A DNA stretch of 64,000 bases from an uncultured Nocardioidaceae bacterium (GCA_902805855.1 CADCUJ010000078.1:8500-72499), one strand, 5' to 3'; numbered from the stretch's first letter, positions 1 to 8,865 are shown. Notes: generated by a model from the letters alone, not told the origin. Numbers and translations: made by a program.

Positions 1-1
1 G

Positions 2-883
2 AGACAGGTCTACGACGCGGTCGCCTCGGCGGTCGCGGAGGACCTGCCTGGAGAGGACGTGACGAGCACCGCGACCATCCCGCCGGACGCGCGGGCATGG
101 GCGGACTTCGGCGCCCGTTCCGAGGGGGTGGTCGCCGGGCTGGTGGTCGCGGAGATGGTGTTGTGCTTCGTGATCGGCGCCGAGGTCCAGGTCGAGCGTC
201 CCGCCCGCGATGGCGACCCGGTGAGTCGCGGCGACGTCGTGCTCAGTGTCCACGGACCGGTGCGTGGACTGCTGACCGCAGAGCGCACCGCACTCAACTA
301 CCTGTGCCACCTCTCCGGGGTCGCCACCGGGACGGCTGCCTGGGTGGCCGCGCTCTCCGGCACCGGGACCCGCGTCCTGGACACCCGCAAGACCCTGCCG
401 AACCTGCGTGCGCTGCAGAAGTACGCCGTGCGCTGCGGCGGTGGGACCAACCACCGCGTCAGCCTGTCGGACCTGGCACTTATCAAGGACAACCACGTGC
501 TTGCGGCCGGCGGGGTGGTGCCGGCCTACCAGGCGGTCCGCTCGACGTACCCGTCCCTGCCGGTCGAGGTCGAGGTCACCACGCTGGACCAGCTACGCGA
601 CCTGCTGGATGTGGGAGCCGAGCTCGTCCTGCTCGACAACATGAGTACGGAGACCATGCGGGAGGCGGTGCGCCTGTGCGCCGGGCGGGCTCGCCTCGAG
701 GCGTCGGGGAACTTGACCCTCGCCCGTGCCCGGGAGGTGGCCGAGACCGGCGTGGACTACCTCTCGGTCGGGGCGCTGACCCACTCCAGCCCGGTGCTCG
801 ACCTCGGCATGGACCTGCGCGGCGACCCTGAGCGCCCTGAGCGCCCTGAGCGCCCGGAGCGCCCTGAGCAGGTGGTGCGCTGA
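2..883 (+). CDS. nadC: Nicotinate-nucleotide (quinolinate) pyrophosphorylase, 5' end cut by the window edge
   Basis: The frame is open from base 2 (RQVYDAV..DLPGEDVTS). NadC-like motifs TAERTALNYL, TRKTLPNLRALQKYAVRCGGGTNHR, IKDNH and LLDNM are present. The stop overlaps the coaX start (TGATG). Confidence 0.9.
   Translation, partial: RQVYDAVASAVAEDLPGEDVTSTATIPPDARAWADFGARSEGVVAGLVVAEMVLCFVIGAEVQVERPARDGDPVSRGDVVLSVHGPVRGLLTAERTALNYLCHLSGVATGTAAWVAALSGTGTRVLDTRKTLPNLRALQKYAVRCGGGTNHRVSLSDLALIKDNHVLAAGGVVPAYQAVRSTYPSLPVEVEVTTLDQLRDLLDVGAELVLLDNMSTETMREAVRLCAGRARLEASGNLTLARAREVAETGVDYLSVGALTHSSPVLDLGMDLRGDPERPERPERPERPEQVVR
827..871 (+). repeat. 9-nt in-frame tandem repeat (CCTGAGCGC x4 plus a partial copy) encoding PERPERPERPERPE at the nadC C-terminus
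   Basis: Read directly: cctgagcgc cctgagcgc cctgagcgc ccggagcgc cctgagcag. Confidence 0.9.
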
Positions 884-1656
884 TGCTGCTGTGCGCCGAC
901 ATCGGCAACAGCCACACCGTTCTCGGGCTCGTCTCGCAAGGTGAGGTCACCGACCACTGGCGAGTGGCGACCGACGAACGCCGTACCGCCGACGAGTGGG
1001 CGGTCCTGATCCGTGGACTGCTCGCCGAGTCCGCGTCCACGGTTGCGCTGACCGGTGTCGCGGTGTGCGCCACCGTGCCCTCGGTGCTGCACGAGTGGCG
1101 CGACATGCTGCGCGCCCACTACGGCGAGATCCCACACGTTGTCGTGGAGCCCGGAGTACGGACCGGGGTGCCGGTGCTGATGGACAACCCGCGCGAAGTC
1201 GGCGCCGACCGGATCGTCAACGCCCTGGCGGCGTCCAACCTCTTCCGAGGACCCACCATCGTCGTCGACTTCGGGACCGCGACGACGTTCGACGTGGTCA
1301 GCGAGAAGGGTGAGTACGTCGGCGGGGCGATCGCGCCGGGAATCGAGATATCGCTGGAGGCACTCGGCAAACGGGGCGCCCAGCTGCGAAAGGTGGAGCT
1401 GGTGCGGCCGCGGTCGGTGATCGCGAAGAACACGGTGGAGGCGTTGCAGTCCGGAATGGTGTTCGGGTTCGCCAGTCAGGTCGACGGCATAGTCACCCGG
1501 ATCATCTCCGAGCTCGGGGTGAGCTCCGACCGGGTCAATGTCGTCGCCACCGGTGGGCTGGTGCCCCTGGTAGCCGAGGAGTGTGCCACCCTCACCGAGC
1601 ATCAGCCCTGGCTGACCCTGCTGGGGCTCGAGCTCGTGTTCCGGCGCAACAGCTGA
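883..1656 (+). CDS. coaX: Type III pantothenate kinase
   Basis: N-terminal LLCADIGNSHTVLGL, DFGTATTFD and ATGGL motifs of the CoaX/ASKHA fold. Translationally coupled to nadC. Confidence 0.9.
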   Translation: MLLCADIGNSHTVLGLVSQGEVTDHWRVATDERRTADEWAVLIRGLLAESASTVALTGVAVCATVPSVLHEWRDMLRAHYGEIPHVVVEPGVRTGVPVLMDNPREVGADRIVNALAASNLFRGPTIVVDFGTATTFDVVSEKGEYVGGAIAPGIEISLEALGKRGAQLRKVELVRPRSVIAKNTVEALQSGMVFGFASQVDGIVTRIISELGVSSDRVNVVATGGLVPLVAEECATLTEHQPWLTLLGLELVFRRNS

Positions 1657-1661
1657 GTCCT

Positions 1662-1679
1662 GCCTGCCTGTCGGCAGGC
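1662..1679 (+). terminator. Stem-loop after coaX (GCCTGCC-TGTC-GGCAGGC) with no U-tract
   Basis: A 7-bp perfect stem with a tetraloop lies 6 nt after the coaX stop. There is no T-run, so it could be a terminator or a processing site. Confidence 0.3.
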
Positions 1680-1747
1680 GTCGGGGCGGCGGCGGGGCGG
1701 TAGCCCGCTCACAGGTGGGCCGGTGAGCGGCCCTAGTGTGTCCGGAT

Positions 1748-3241
1748 ATGGACGAGGACCTCCCTGAGCAGATGCGCGTGCGCCGGGAGAAGCGCGAGCG
1801 GCTGATCGCCTCCGGGACCGACCCGTACCCCGTCCAGGTGACGCGCACCCACTCGCTGTCTCAGATCCGCGACGGCTACGACGCCGCCCTCACCTCGGGA
1901 GCGCTCGGACCCGATGCGCGCACCGGCGAGCAGGTCTCGATCACCGGGCGGGTGATCTTCTTGCGCAACACCGGCAAGCTCTGCTTCGCAAGGCTCCGCG
2001 AGGGCGACGGCACCGAGCTGCAGGTGATGCTCTCGCAGTCGGACCTCGGCGAGCAGTCATTGGCCGACTTCAAGTCCCTTGTCGACATCGGCGACCTGCT
2101 GTCGGTGCAGGGCGAGGTGGTCACCAGCCGGCGGGGGGAGCTCTCGGTGCAGGCAACGGGCTGGGCGATGGCCGCCAAGACCCTGCGCCCGTTGCCGAAC
2201 GAGCATGCGCCGCTGTCCGAGGAGGCACGGGTCCGGCTCAGGTACGTCGACATGATCGTCCGTCCGGAGCCTCGCGACATGGTCCGCACCAAGGCCGCGG
2301 TGCTGCGGTCGCTGCGGGCCACCCTGCACGAGCGGGCGTACGTCGAGGTGGAGACGCCGATCCTCCAGCTGACCAACGGCGGCGCGGCCGCACGTCCGTT
2401 CCGCACCCACCTGAACGCCTTCGACCAGACGATGCTGCTGCGGATCGCGCTCGAGCTGGACCTGAAGAAGGCCATGATCGGCGGTGTCGACCGCGTCTAC
2501 GAGATCGGCCGGACCTTTCGCAACGAGGGGCTCGACTCGACCCACGCCGCCGAGTTCTCGATGCTCGAGGCGTACGAGGCCTGGGGAGACCAGCACACCA
2601 TGGTCGAGCTGGCGAAGGCGCTGGTGGTCGACGCCGCCCGCGCGGTCGGCCGCACCGTCGTACCTTCCCGCGACGGAGGCGAGATCGACCTCGAGGAACC
2701 GTGGCGGGAGGTGGCCATCCTCGACCTGGTGTCCGAGGCGGTCGGCGAGCAGGTCGACGTGAGCACCGACGAGAAGACCCTTCGCGGGTACGCGGAGCAG
2801 CACGACGTTGAGGTCGCGCCGGACTGGAACGCCGGTGAGATCGCTCTCGAGCTCTACGAGCAGCTCGTCGAGCACAGCCTCTTGCAGCCGACCTTCGTGA
2901 TGGACTACCCGGAGACGGTGCGTCCGCTGGCCAAGCCGCACCGGACCACCCCCGGCCTGAACGAGGCCTGGGACCTGGTGATCAACGGGACCGAGATGGG
3001 CACTGCCTACTCCGAGCTCAACGACCCGGTGGTCCAGCGCGAGCGGCTGGTCCGGCAGTCGCTGCTGGCCGCGGCCGGCGATCCGGAGGCGATGGACCTC
3101 GACGAGCAGTTCCTGCGCGCGATGGAGTTCGGGATGCCGGCTGCCGGCGGGATCGGACTCGGCGTGGACCGGCTGGTGATGCTGCTGACCGGTGCCGGCA
3201 TCCGGGAGACGATCTTGTTCCCCCTGCTGCGACCGGAGTAG
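1748..3241 (+). CDS. lysS: Lysine--tRNA ligase (class II)
   Basis: MDEDLPEQMRVRREKRERLIASGTDPYP N-terminus, FRNEG motif 2 region, GLGVDRLVMLL motif 3. An alternative GTG start lies at 1736. Confidence 0.92.
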   Translation: MDEDLPEQMRVRREKRERLIASGTDPYPVQVTRTHSLSQIRDGYDAALTSGALGPDARTGEQVSITGRVIFLRNTGKLCFARLREGDGTELQVMLSQSDLGEQSLADFKSLVDIGDLLSVQGEVVTSRRGELSVQATGWAMAAKTLRPLPNEHAPLSEEARVRLRYVDMIVRPEPRDMVRTKAAVLRSLRATLHERAYVEVETPILQLTNGGAAARPFRTHLNAFDQTMLLRIALELDLKKAMIGGVDRVYEIGRTFRNEGLDSTHAAEFSMLEAYEAWGDQHTMVELAKALVVDAARAVGRTVVPSRDGGEIDLEEPWREVAILDLVSEAVGEQVDVSTDEKTLRGYAEQHDVEVAPDWNAGEIALELYEQLVEHSLLQPTFVMDYPETVRPLAKPHRTTPGLNEAWDLVINGTEMGTAYSELNDPVVQRERLVRQSLLAAAGDPEAMDLDEQFLRAMEFGMPAAGGIGLGVDRLVMLLTGAGIRETILFPLLRPE

Positions 3242-3263
3242 GTCCGAACTGCTGGCCGCCGCC

Positions 3264-4460
3264 TCAGAAGTAGTCCCGGATGTGGAACTGGCGCCCGCCG
3301 AACGCGTTGTCCCACGAGCGGTCGTCGGTGGCCTCGCCCCCCATCAGCCCGGCCATCCGCAGGTTCGCGGCGCTCTGCGCACCGGCGTACATCAGCGAAA
3401 GGCCGCGGCCCTCGAAGACCGGTCCGACCCCGTCCGGCACGTCACTGCGCGAGCACCGGGCGGTCCCGCCGGAGATCTCCAGGAGCCAGCTCCCGCTCAG
3501 CTCGTCCAGGAACTCGTCGCGCAGCTCGAAACGGAGCTGAGCCTCGATGCCGGGTGCGAAGCCGCGACCTCCGAACGCGAGGGGCAGGTCGAGCAGCCGG
3601 AGCATGTACGGCGAGTCGTCGACCACCTGCCACGAGGCGGACGGGAGCAGCAGCCGCAGCAGATCGGGGCCGGACGTGTCGAGCCGGGTCGTCGTCGCGA
3701 CGCTGGCGAAGCTTCCGAGGACGGCGACGAGTGCTCGCCACGCCTCCATCGAGGTCGCGATGAGATCCGCCACGTCGATGCGCGCGGTCTCGCCGTAGCC
3801 TCGACCACGGCTCCAGGACGCGTACCCGTGGACGTGGTCCTGCTCGTCGACGGCCAGCGTGACGCCGCTGAAGGAGCCGATGAAGTCGTCAGCCGTCGCG
3901 GTGAACGAGGCTCCGCTCCGGGTCAGCGGTCCGTTCTGTGCGACCGCCCACTCGGCGTAGACCCGGCGTACCTCGTCGTAGTCGGCTGGTCCCGCCCGCC
4001 TGACCCGCAGCCTCCCCTCGGCCGGCACGGCCGCCAATGAGGCCGTCGGGACCTCGACGCTCACGTAGTCGCCGACGATCTCGTAGCCGAATCGGCGGTA
4101 GATCCGTGGGGCGGTCGGGAAGAGCGTGGAGATCGCGGCACCCCTCGTCCGGGCGGCTCGCAGCGTCTCGCGGAACAGCGGGGTCAGCAGACCGACGCCG
4201 CGGTGCTCGGCCGCCGTGGTCACCCCTGCGATGCCGCAGGTGGGTACGGTCGACCCACCGAAATACGAGTCGTAGTCCCGGTCGGCCATCCTCGCCGCCA
4301 GCACGCCGTGGCTGTCGAAGGCCCCGAACAGCCGCATGCCGGGCGGGAAGGACTCGGGGGCCTCGTCGACAGGGGTGGACGGGAATCCGAACGCCTCCCA
4401 GCCGAGGCGACGAGAGGCCTCGACGTCGGCAGTGTCGAGCGGGCGCACGGTGTAGTCCAC
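3264..4460 (-). CDS. Eis-like GNAT N-acetyltransferase with a C-terminal SCP2-like domain
   Basis: AGVTTAAEHRGVGLLTPLFRE acetyl-CoA motif and a ~400 aa Eis architecture. I chose the GTG at 4460 (VDYTVRPLD..) because the upstream 92 codons of the ORF run into the AT-rich lsr2 promoter region. Confidence 0.75.
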   Translation of the reverse strand: MDYTVRPLDTADVEASRRLGWEAFGFPSTPVDEAPESFPPGMRLFGAFDSHGVLAARMADRDYDSYFGGSTVPTCGIAGVTTAAEHRGVGLLTPLFRETLRAARTRGAAISTLFPTAPRIYRRFGYEIVGDYVSVEVPTASLAAVPAEGRLRVRRAGPADYDEVRRVYAEWAVAQNGPLTRSGASFTATADDFIGSFSGVTLAVDEQDHVHGYASWSRGRGYGETARIDVADLIATSMEAWRALVAVLGSFASVATTTRLDTSGPDLLRLLLPSASWQVVDDSPYMLRLLDLPLAFGGRGFAPGIEAQLRFELRDEFLDELSGSWLLEISGGTARCSRSDVPDGVGPVFEGRGLSLMYAGAQSAANLRMAGLMGGEATDDRSWDNAFGGRQFHIRDYF

Positions 4461-4561
4461 GTCGCGCAATCTACAGCCGGCAGCAGGGCACTCCCGCCCC
4501 TCACCGCCGCAGTACGTCTTCGCGGCTTTATCGCTCCACCACCGCTGCCCGGCCGCAGTCC

Positions 4562-4580
4562 TGCAATTCTTCGAATTGCA
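4562..4580. promoter_or_regulatory. Perfect 8-3-8 palindrome TGCAATTC-TTC-GAATTGCA in the AT-rich lsr2/eis-like divergent promoter region
   Basis: Read directly. It sits in one of the most AT-rich segments I noticed in the window (about 4520-4660), roughly 80 nt upstream of the lsr2 start. Confidence 0.35.
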
Positions 4581-4659
4581 CGGCGAATACAAGTCTGAAT
4601 AGGATGCCGAATGGATGGAAATGGCAAATGCGCCAATTCGCGGAGAGGGAGGAAATGCA

Positions 4660-4992
4660 GTGGCACAAAAGGTCAACATTGTTCTGGTCGACGATATCGA
4701 CGGCAGCGACGCGGACGAGACGGTGCAGTTCGGCATCGACGGGGCCAGCTACGAGATCGACCTGACCGGCAAGCACGCCGCCCAGCTTCGTGATGCCCTG
4801 GCGCTCTACATCGGGCACGGACGCAAGGTCGGTGGGCGACGAAGCCGCCCCGCCCGCGGCGGCCAGCGCGGCGGTGCCGACGGCGTCTCCGCGTCCGAGG
4901 TCCGGCAGTGGGCCCGCGAGAACGGCTGGAACGTCCCCGAGCGCGGCCGGGTCTCCGCCGAGGTGCGCCAGGCCTACGCCGCCGCCCACTGA
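4660..4992 (+). CDS. lsr2: Nucleoid-associated protein Lsr2
   Basis: VAQKVNIVLVDDIDGSDADETVQFGIDGASYEIDL dimerisation domain and a C-terminal SEVRQWARENGWNVPERGRVSAEVRQAY AT-hook-like DNA-binding domain. GTG start at 4660 with a GGAGG SD upstream. Conserved lysS-lsr2-clpC1 synteny. Confidence 0.9.
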   Translation: MAQKVNIVLVDDIDGSDADETVQFGIDGASYEIDLTGKHAAQLRDALALYIGHGRKVGGRRSRPARGGQRGGADGVSASEVRQWARENGWNVPERGRVSAEVRQAYAAAH

Positions 4993-5088
4993 GCCGGCCT
5001 GCCCCCGGATCGCTCCCGGCGACCACCTCCTGGCCTCGACTCGACCACCTCGACCCACCTGGTGTCGCCTCGCAGGAAATCCTGTGAT

Positions 5089-5103
5089 TTCGCTGTGAGC
5101 GAA
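5089..5103. promoter_or_regulatory. Putative ClgR operator TTCGCTGTGAGCGAA (CGC-N5-GCG core with T/A flanks) upstream of clpC1
   Basis: Perfect palindrome about 90 nt upstream of the clpC1 ATG. It matches the described actinobacterial ClgR consensus (WNNWCGCYNANRGCGWWS) with one mismatch. A clgR gene is present at 48294-48635. Confidence 0.6.
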
Positions 5104-5189
5104 GCGCTACGGGGTACTGGCGGGAACACGTAGGGTGGGTAGCGGGTTGGATCTGTCGTACTGAGCAGGGCACAGCAAGGAGCGACGTA

Positions 5190-7697
5190 ATGTTCGAACG
5201 GTTCACCGACCGAGCCCGACGGGTGGTCGTCTTGGCGCAGGAAGAAGCCAGGATGCTCTCCCACAACTACATCGGGACCGAGCACATCCTGCTCGGTCTG
5301 ATCCACGAGGGCGAGGGCGTCGCTGCGAAGGCCCTGGAGAGTCTGGGCATCTCGCTCGAGGCGGTGCGCGCACAGGTCGAGGAGATCATCGGTCAGGGCC
5401 AGCAGGCCCCGAGCGGGCACATCCCGTTCACCCCGCGCGCCAAGAAGGTGCTGGAGCTCTCCCTGCGCGAGGCGCTGCAGCTGGGTCACAACTACATCGG
5501 AACCGAGCACATCCTGCTGGGCCTGATCCGTGAGGGCGAAGGTGTGGCCGCGCAGGTGCTGGTCAAGCTGGGCGCCGACCTCAACCGCGTCCGGCAGCAG
5601 GTGATCCAGCTGCTTTCGGGGTTCCAGGGCAAGGAGACCGCCACGGCCGGCGCCCCGACGGAGGGCGCACCGTCCTCGTCTCTGGTGCTGGACCAGTTCG
5701 GTCGCAACCTCACCCAGGCCGCCCGGGAGGGCAAGCTCGACCCGGTCATCGGGCGCGAGAAGGAGATCGAGCGGGTGATGCAGGTGCTCTCCCGCCGCAC
5801 CAAGAACAACCCTGTCCTGATCGGCGAGCCAGGGGTCGGCAAGACCGCTGTGGTGGAGGGGCTGTCCCAGTCGATCGTGCGCGGCGACGTGCCCGAGACG
5901 CTGAAGGACAAGCAGATCTACACCCTGGACCTCGGTGCGCTGGTGGCGGGCTCCCGCTACCGCGGTGATTTCGAGGAGCGCCTGAAGAAGGTGCTCAAGG
6001 AGATCCGCACCCGCGGCGACATCGTGCTGTTCATCGACGAGCTGCACACCCTGGTGGGTGCTGGAGCGGCCGAGGGTGCGATCGATGCGGCATCGATCCT
6101 CAAGCCGATGCTGGCTCGTGGTGAGCTGCAGACCATCGGTGCCACCACGCTCGACGAGTACCGCAAGCACCTGGAGAAGGACGCCGCGCTCGAGCGCCGG
6201 TTCCAGCCGATCCAGGTGGCGGAGCCGACGATCGCCCACACGATCGAGATCCTCAAGGGCCTGCGCGACCGTTACGAGGCACACCACCGGGTGACCATCA
6301 CCGACGAGGCGCTGGTCTCGGCGGCGACGCTCGGGGACCGCTACGTCTCCGACCGGTTCCTTCCGGACAAGGCGATCGACCTGATCGACGAGGCAGGCTC
6401 CCGGCTGCGGATCCGCCGGATGACGGCGCCGCCGGACCTGCGTGAGTTCGACGACAAGATCGCCGACGTACGCCGCCGCAAGGAGTCCGCGATCGACAGC
6501 CAGGACTTCGAGGGCGCTGCTTCGATGCGGGATGAGGAGAAGAAGCTCATCATCGCCAAGGGCGAGCGCGAGAAGCAGTGGAAGGCCGGCGACATGGACG
6601 TCGTGGCCGAGGTCGACGAGGAGCTGATCGCCGAGGTGCTGGCGGTCGCGACCGGTATCCCGATCGTGAAGCTGTCCGAGGAGGAGTCCACGCGGCTGCT
6701 GAAGATGGAGGACGAGCTGCACAAGCGCGTGATCGGCCAGGAGGAGGCTGTCCGGGCCCTGTCCCGGGCCATCCGCCGCACCCGCGCTGGACTGAAGGAC
6801 CCGAAGCGTCCTGGCGGTTCGTTCATCTTCGCCGGCCCGTCCGGAGTCGGGAAGACCTGGCTGTCCAAGACGCTCGCGGAGTTCCTGTTCGGCGACGAGG
6901 ACGCGTTGATCCAGCTCGACATGAGCGAGTTCAGCGAGAAGCACACGGTCTCGAGGCTGTTCGGCTCGCCGCCTGGGTACGTCGGTTACGAGGAGGGCGG
7001 CCAGCTCACCGAGAAGGTACGCCGCAAGCCGTTCTCCGTGGTCCTCTTCGACGAGGTCGAGAAGGCTCACCCCGACATCTTCAACTCCCTGTTGCAGATC
7101 CTCGAGGAAGGTCGGCTCACCGACTCCCAGGGCCGGGTCGTGGACTTCAAGAACACCGTGATCATCATGACCACGAACCTCGGCACCCGGGACATCGCCA
7201 AGGGCGTCAACCTCGGCTTCCAGCAGGTCGGCGACGCCCAGGGTTCCTACGACCGGATGAAGGCGAAGGTCTCCGACGAGCTCAAGCAGCACTTCCGTCC
7301 GGAGTTCTTGAACCGCGTGGACGAGATGATCGTGTTCCCGCCGCTGTCGCAGGAGCAGATCGTGGCGATGGTCGACAACATGATCGCCGGCGTGGAGACC
7401 CGCCTGAAGGACCGCGACATGTCGATCGAGCTCACCACGGCCGCCAAGGAGCTGCTCGCCCGGCGCGGGTTCGACCCGGTTCTCGGTGCGCGGCCACTGC
7501 GCCGCACCGTGCAGCGCGAGATCGAGGACGTCCTGGCCGAGAAGATGCTGTACGGCGAGGTCGGTCCCGGGCAGATCGTGCTGGTCGGCGTCGACGGCGA
7601 GGGTCCGGAGGCGCAGTTCACCTTCGAGGGGACGGCCAAGTCCGAGCTCCCCGACATCCCGCCGATCGAGGCTGCGACGGCCGGCGAGTCCGAATGA
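5190..7697 (+). CDS. clpC1: ATP-dependent Clp protease ATP-binding subunit ClpC1
   Basis: Duplicated Clp_N repeats ([14 protein letters not shown] twice), two Walker A sites ([16 protein letters not shown]), a UVR-like linker, 835 aa. Confidence 0.97.
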   Translation: MFERFTDRARRVVVLAQEEARMLSHNYIGTEHILLGLIHEGEGVAAKALESLGISLEAVRAQVEEIIGQGQQAPSGHIPFTPRAKKVLELSLREALQLGHNYIGTEHILLGLIREGEGVAAQVLVKLGADLNRVRQQVIQLLSGFQGKETATAGAPTEGAPSSSLVLDQFGRNLTQAAREGKLDPVIGREKEIERVMQVLSRRTKNNPVLIGEPGVGKTAVVEGLSQSIVRGDVPETLKDKQIYTLDLGALVAGSRYRGDFEERLKKVLKEIRTRGDIVLFIDELHTLVGAGAAEGAIDAASILKPMLARGELQTIGATTLDEYRKHLEKDAALERRFQPIQVAEPTIAHTIEILKGLRDRYEAHHRVTITDEALVSAATLGDRYVSDRFLPDKAIDLIDEAGSRLRIRRMTAPPDLREFDDKIADVRRRKESAIDSQDFEGAASMRDEEKKLIIAKGEREKQWKAGDMDVVAEVDEELIAEVLAVATGIPIVKLSEEESTRLLKMEDELHKRVIGQEEAVRALSRAIRRTRAGLKDPKRPGGSFIFAGPSGVGKTWLSKTLAEFLFGDEDALIQLDMSEFSEKHTVSRLFGSPPGYVGYEEGGQLTEKVRRKPFSVVLFDEVEKAHPDIFNSLLQILEEGRLTDSQGRVVDFKNTVIIMTTNLGTRDIAKGVNLGFQQVGDAQGSYDRMKAKVSDELKQHFRPEFLNRVDEMIVFPPLSQEQIVAMVDNMIAGVETRLKDRDMSIELTTAAKELLARRGFDPVLGARPLRRTVQREIEDVLAEKMLYGEVGPGQIVLVGVDGEGPEAQFTFEGTAKSELPDIPPIEAATAGESE

Positions 7698-7722
7698 GGT
7701 AGGGGCACAGGCAGTTCAGGAC

Positions 7723-7749
7723 GGGCGCACTCCCTTTCCGGAGGCGCCC
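7723..7749 (+). terminator. Stem-loop downstream of clpC1 (GGGCG-CA-CTCC / loop CTTTCC / GGAG-G-CGCCC)
   Basis: GC-rich hairpin 26 nt after the clpC1 stop. It has a weak T content after it (GTTCTGCG). Confidence 0.4.
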
Positions 7750-7761
7750 GTTCTGCGTACC

Positions 7762-7845
7762 CGGGACCCATCTCAACCAGCACGGGACCCATCTCAACGA
7801 GCACGGGGCCCATCTCAACGGGCACGGGGCCCATCTCAACGAAAG
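7762..7845. repeat. 21-bp tandem repeat, 4 copies (cgggacccatctcaaccagca-type units)
   Basis: Read directly. The units are at 7762-7782, 7783-7803, 7804-7824 and 7825-7845. It lies in the gap between the convergent clpC1 and DUF4439 genes. A related array is at 24282-24344 on the opposite strand. Confidence 0.9.
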
Positions 7846-7856
7846 GGAGGGGTGGG

Positions 7857-8282
7857 CTACAGCTCGGCGACGCCGGGGAACGGGTCCGGTGAACCCCCGA
7901 AGCCGAGCTGGCGCACCGCTGAGTCGGTGACCGCATCGATCGCCCACTGGCGGTCGGCGCGGGAGGTGCCCTCGATCATGGCGGCATAGACCGCCGTGCA
8001 GCGCTGCTCGGTCTCGAGCGCCGCCCGGGTCACCTGGGCGGCGGTGAGCGCCGGGTTGGGGACGGCGTAGCTGACCTCCGACTCGGCCGGTTCACCGCCG
8101 GCGGACCGCAGCATCGAGATCAGCTGGTCGCGTCGGGCCCGGTGGGTGACGTACCCGGCCACCAGCCGGTTCGCCAGAGCCGGTTCGGTCGACGCCGAGA
8201 CGCGTCCGCCGAGCAGGCCGTACACGTAGACGGCTGCGTGCTCGGCGGCGAGAGTGGCCTGCAGGGCCTGCAGTGGAGTCAT
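7857..8282 (-). CDS. Ferritin-like DUF4439-family protein (no signal peptide)
   Basis: LQATLAAEHAAVYVYGLLGG..ETEQRCTAVYAAMIEG four-helix-bundle-like pattern typical of DUF4439. Its start overlaps the upstream gene's stop (ATGA). Confidence 0.7.
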   Translation of the reverse strand: MTPLQALQATLAAEHAAVYVYGLLGGRVSASTEPALANRLVAGYVTHRARRDQLISMLRSAGGEPAESEVSYAVPNPALTAAQVTRAALETEQRCTAVYAAMIEGTSRADRQWAIDAVTDSAVRQLGFGGSPDPFPGVAEL

Positions 8283-8842
8283 GAGCGACCCGGGGACGTC
8301 GCCTGCGTGGCAAGCACCGCTGTCTGCTGGGCGGACGAGGCCGCCATGCTGGCCAGCAGCCGGGCGAAGGCACCGCTGCTGGCAGCGAACGCATGCCGCT
8401 TCTGCGACTCGCTCAGGTCCGCCTCGAGGGCGCCGATCTTCTTCCTCGCCGCATCCGGGTCGCGCGGAACGGCGAAACGGCTGCGGACCGCCGGGGACCG
8501 CCCTTCTGCGGGGGTCGGGTCCTGCTGCGGCGGCGCCGCGCGGGCGAGCAGCGTCGCATGTGCACGGTGAGAGTCGATCATCGGGGACAGCACCGACGTC
8601 AGCCGGCGGTGACGGGCGACCGTTGCCCGCAGCGCGTCCAGGGCCGCTCGCTCATCCGCGAGCGCCGTCGCGGCCAGCGCGACGTCCGGGTCGGGGGTGT
8701 GGTCTGCCTCGAAGACCTTTCGGGTGAGATCGGGAGCGCCCTCTCCGACGACGGAGCAGCCGGTGAGCACCGGCAGCGCACCGAGACTCACGCCGCGCAA
8801 CACGGCGCGTCGCGAGACATCGGGAGGAGGGGGCGAAGCCAC
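8279..8842 (-). CDS. Tat-signal lipoprotein, helical/ferritin-like, function unknown
   Basis: Twin-arginine motif SRRAVLRG followed by lipobox LTGC. GTG start at 8842. Overlaps the downstream DUF4439 gene by 4 nt. Confidence 0.65.
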   Translation of the reverse strand: MASPPPPDVSRRAVLRGVSLGALPVLTGCSVVGEGAPDLTRKVFEADHTPDPDVALAATALADERAALDALRATVARHRRLTSVLSPMIDSHRAHATLLARAAPPQQDPTPAEGRSPAVRSRFAVPRDPDAARKKIGALEADLSESQKRHAFAASSGAFARLLASMAASSAQQTAVLATQATSPGRS

Positions 8843-8865
8843 GCGCAGACCCTAGCGCCGGGGCG

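Noticed and set aside
5193-5204. TTCGAACGGTTC at the clpC1 start resembles half of an actinobacterial LexA SOS box (TCGAAC-N4-GTTCGA).
   Set aside because: The second half-site is wrong (GGTTCACC). The sequence simply encodes the conserved ClpC N-terminus MFERFT.
4974-7292. Very long antisense ORFs, for example 4974-7292(-) opposite clpC1, 19077-21443(-) opposite pnp, 33699-35780(-) opposite the S8 peptidase and dapA, 40215-41900(-) and 42047-43789(-) opposite ftsK and the RodZ-like gene, and 757-1848(-).
   Set aside because: Their translations are Arg/Gly/Pro/His-rich low-complexity strings with no recognisable motifs. They lie exactly opposite genes that have unmistakable conserved motifs. 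This is the usual stop-codon-poor shadow-frame artefact of high-GC DNA.
7762-7845. The 21-bp repeat arrays (also 24282-24344) as CRISPR arrays.
   Set aside because: The units are directly adjacent with no spacers, there are only 3-4 copies, and no cas genes are in the window. They are tandem repeats, not CRISPR.
7852-7989. A short + strand ORF (VGYSSATPGNG..., about 46 aa) starting right after the repeat flank GAAAGGGAGGGGTG.
   Set aside because: It lies entirely antisense to the well-supported DUF4439 gene and has no motif. The SD-like flank is part of the repeat element and also occurs at locus 2.
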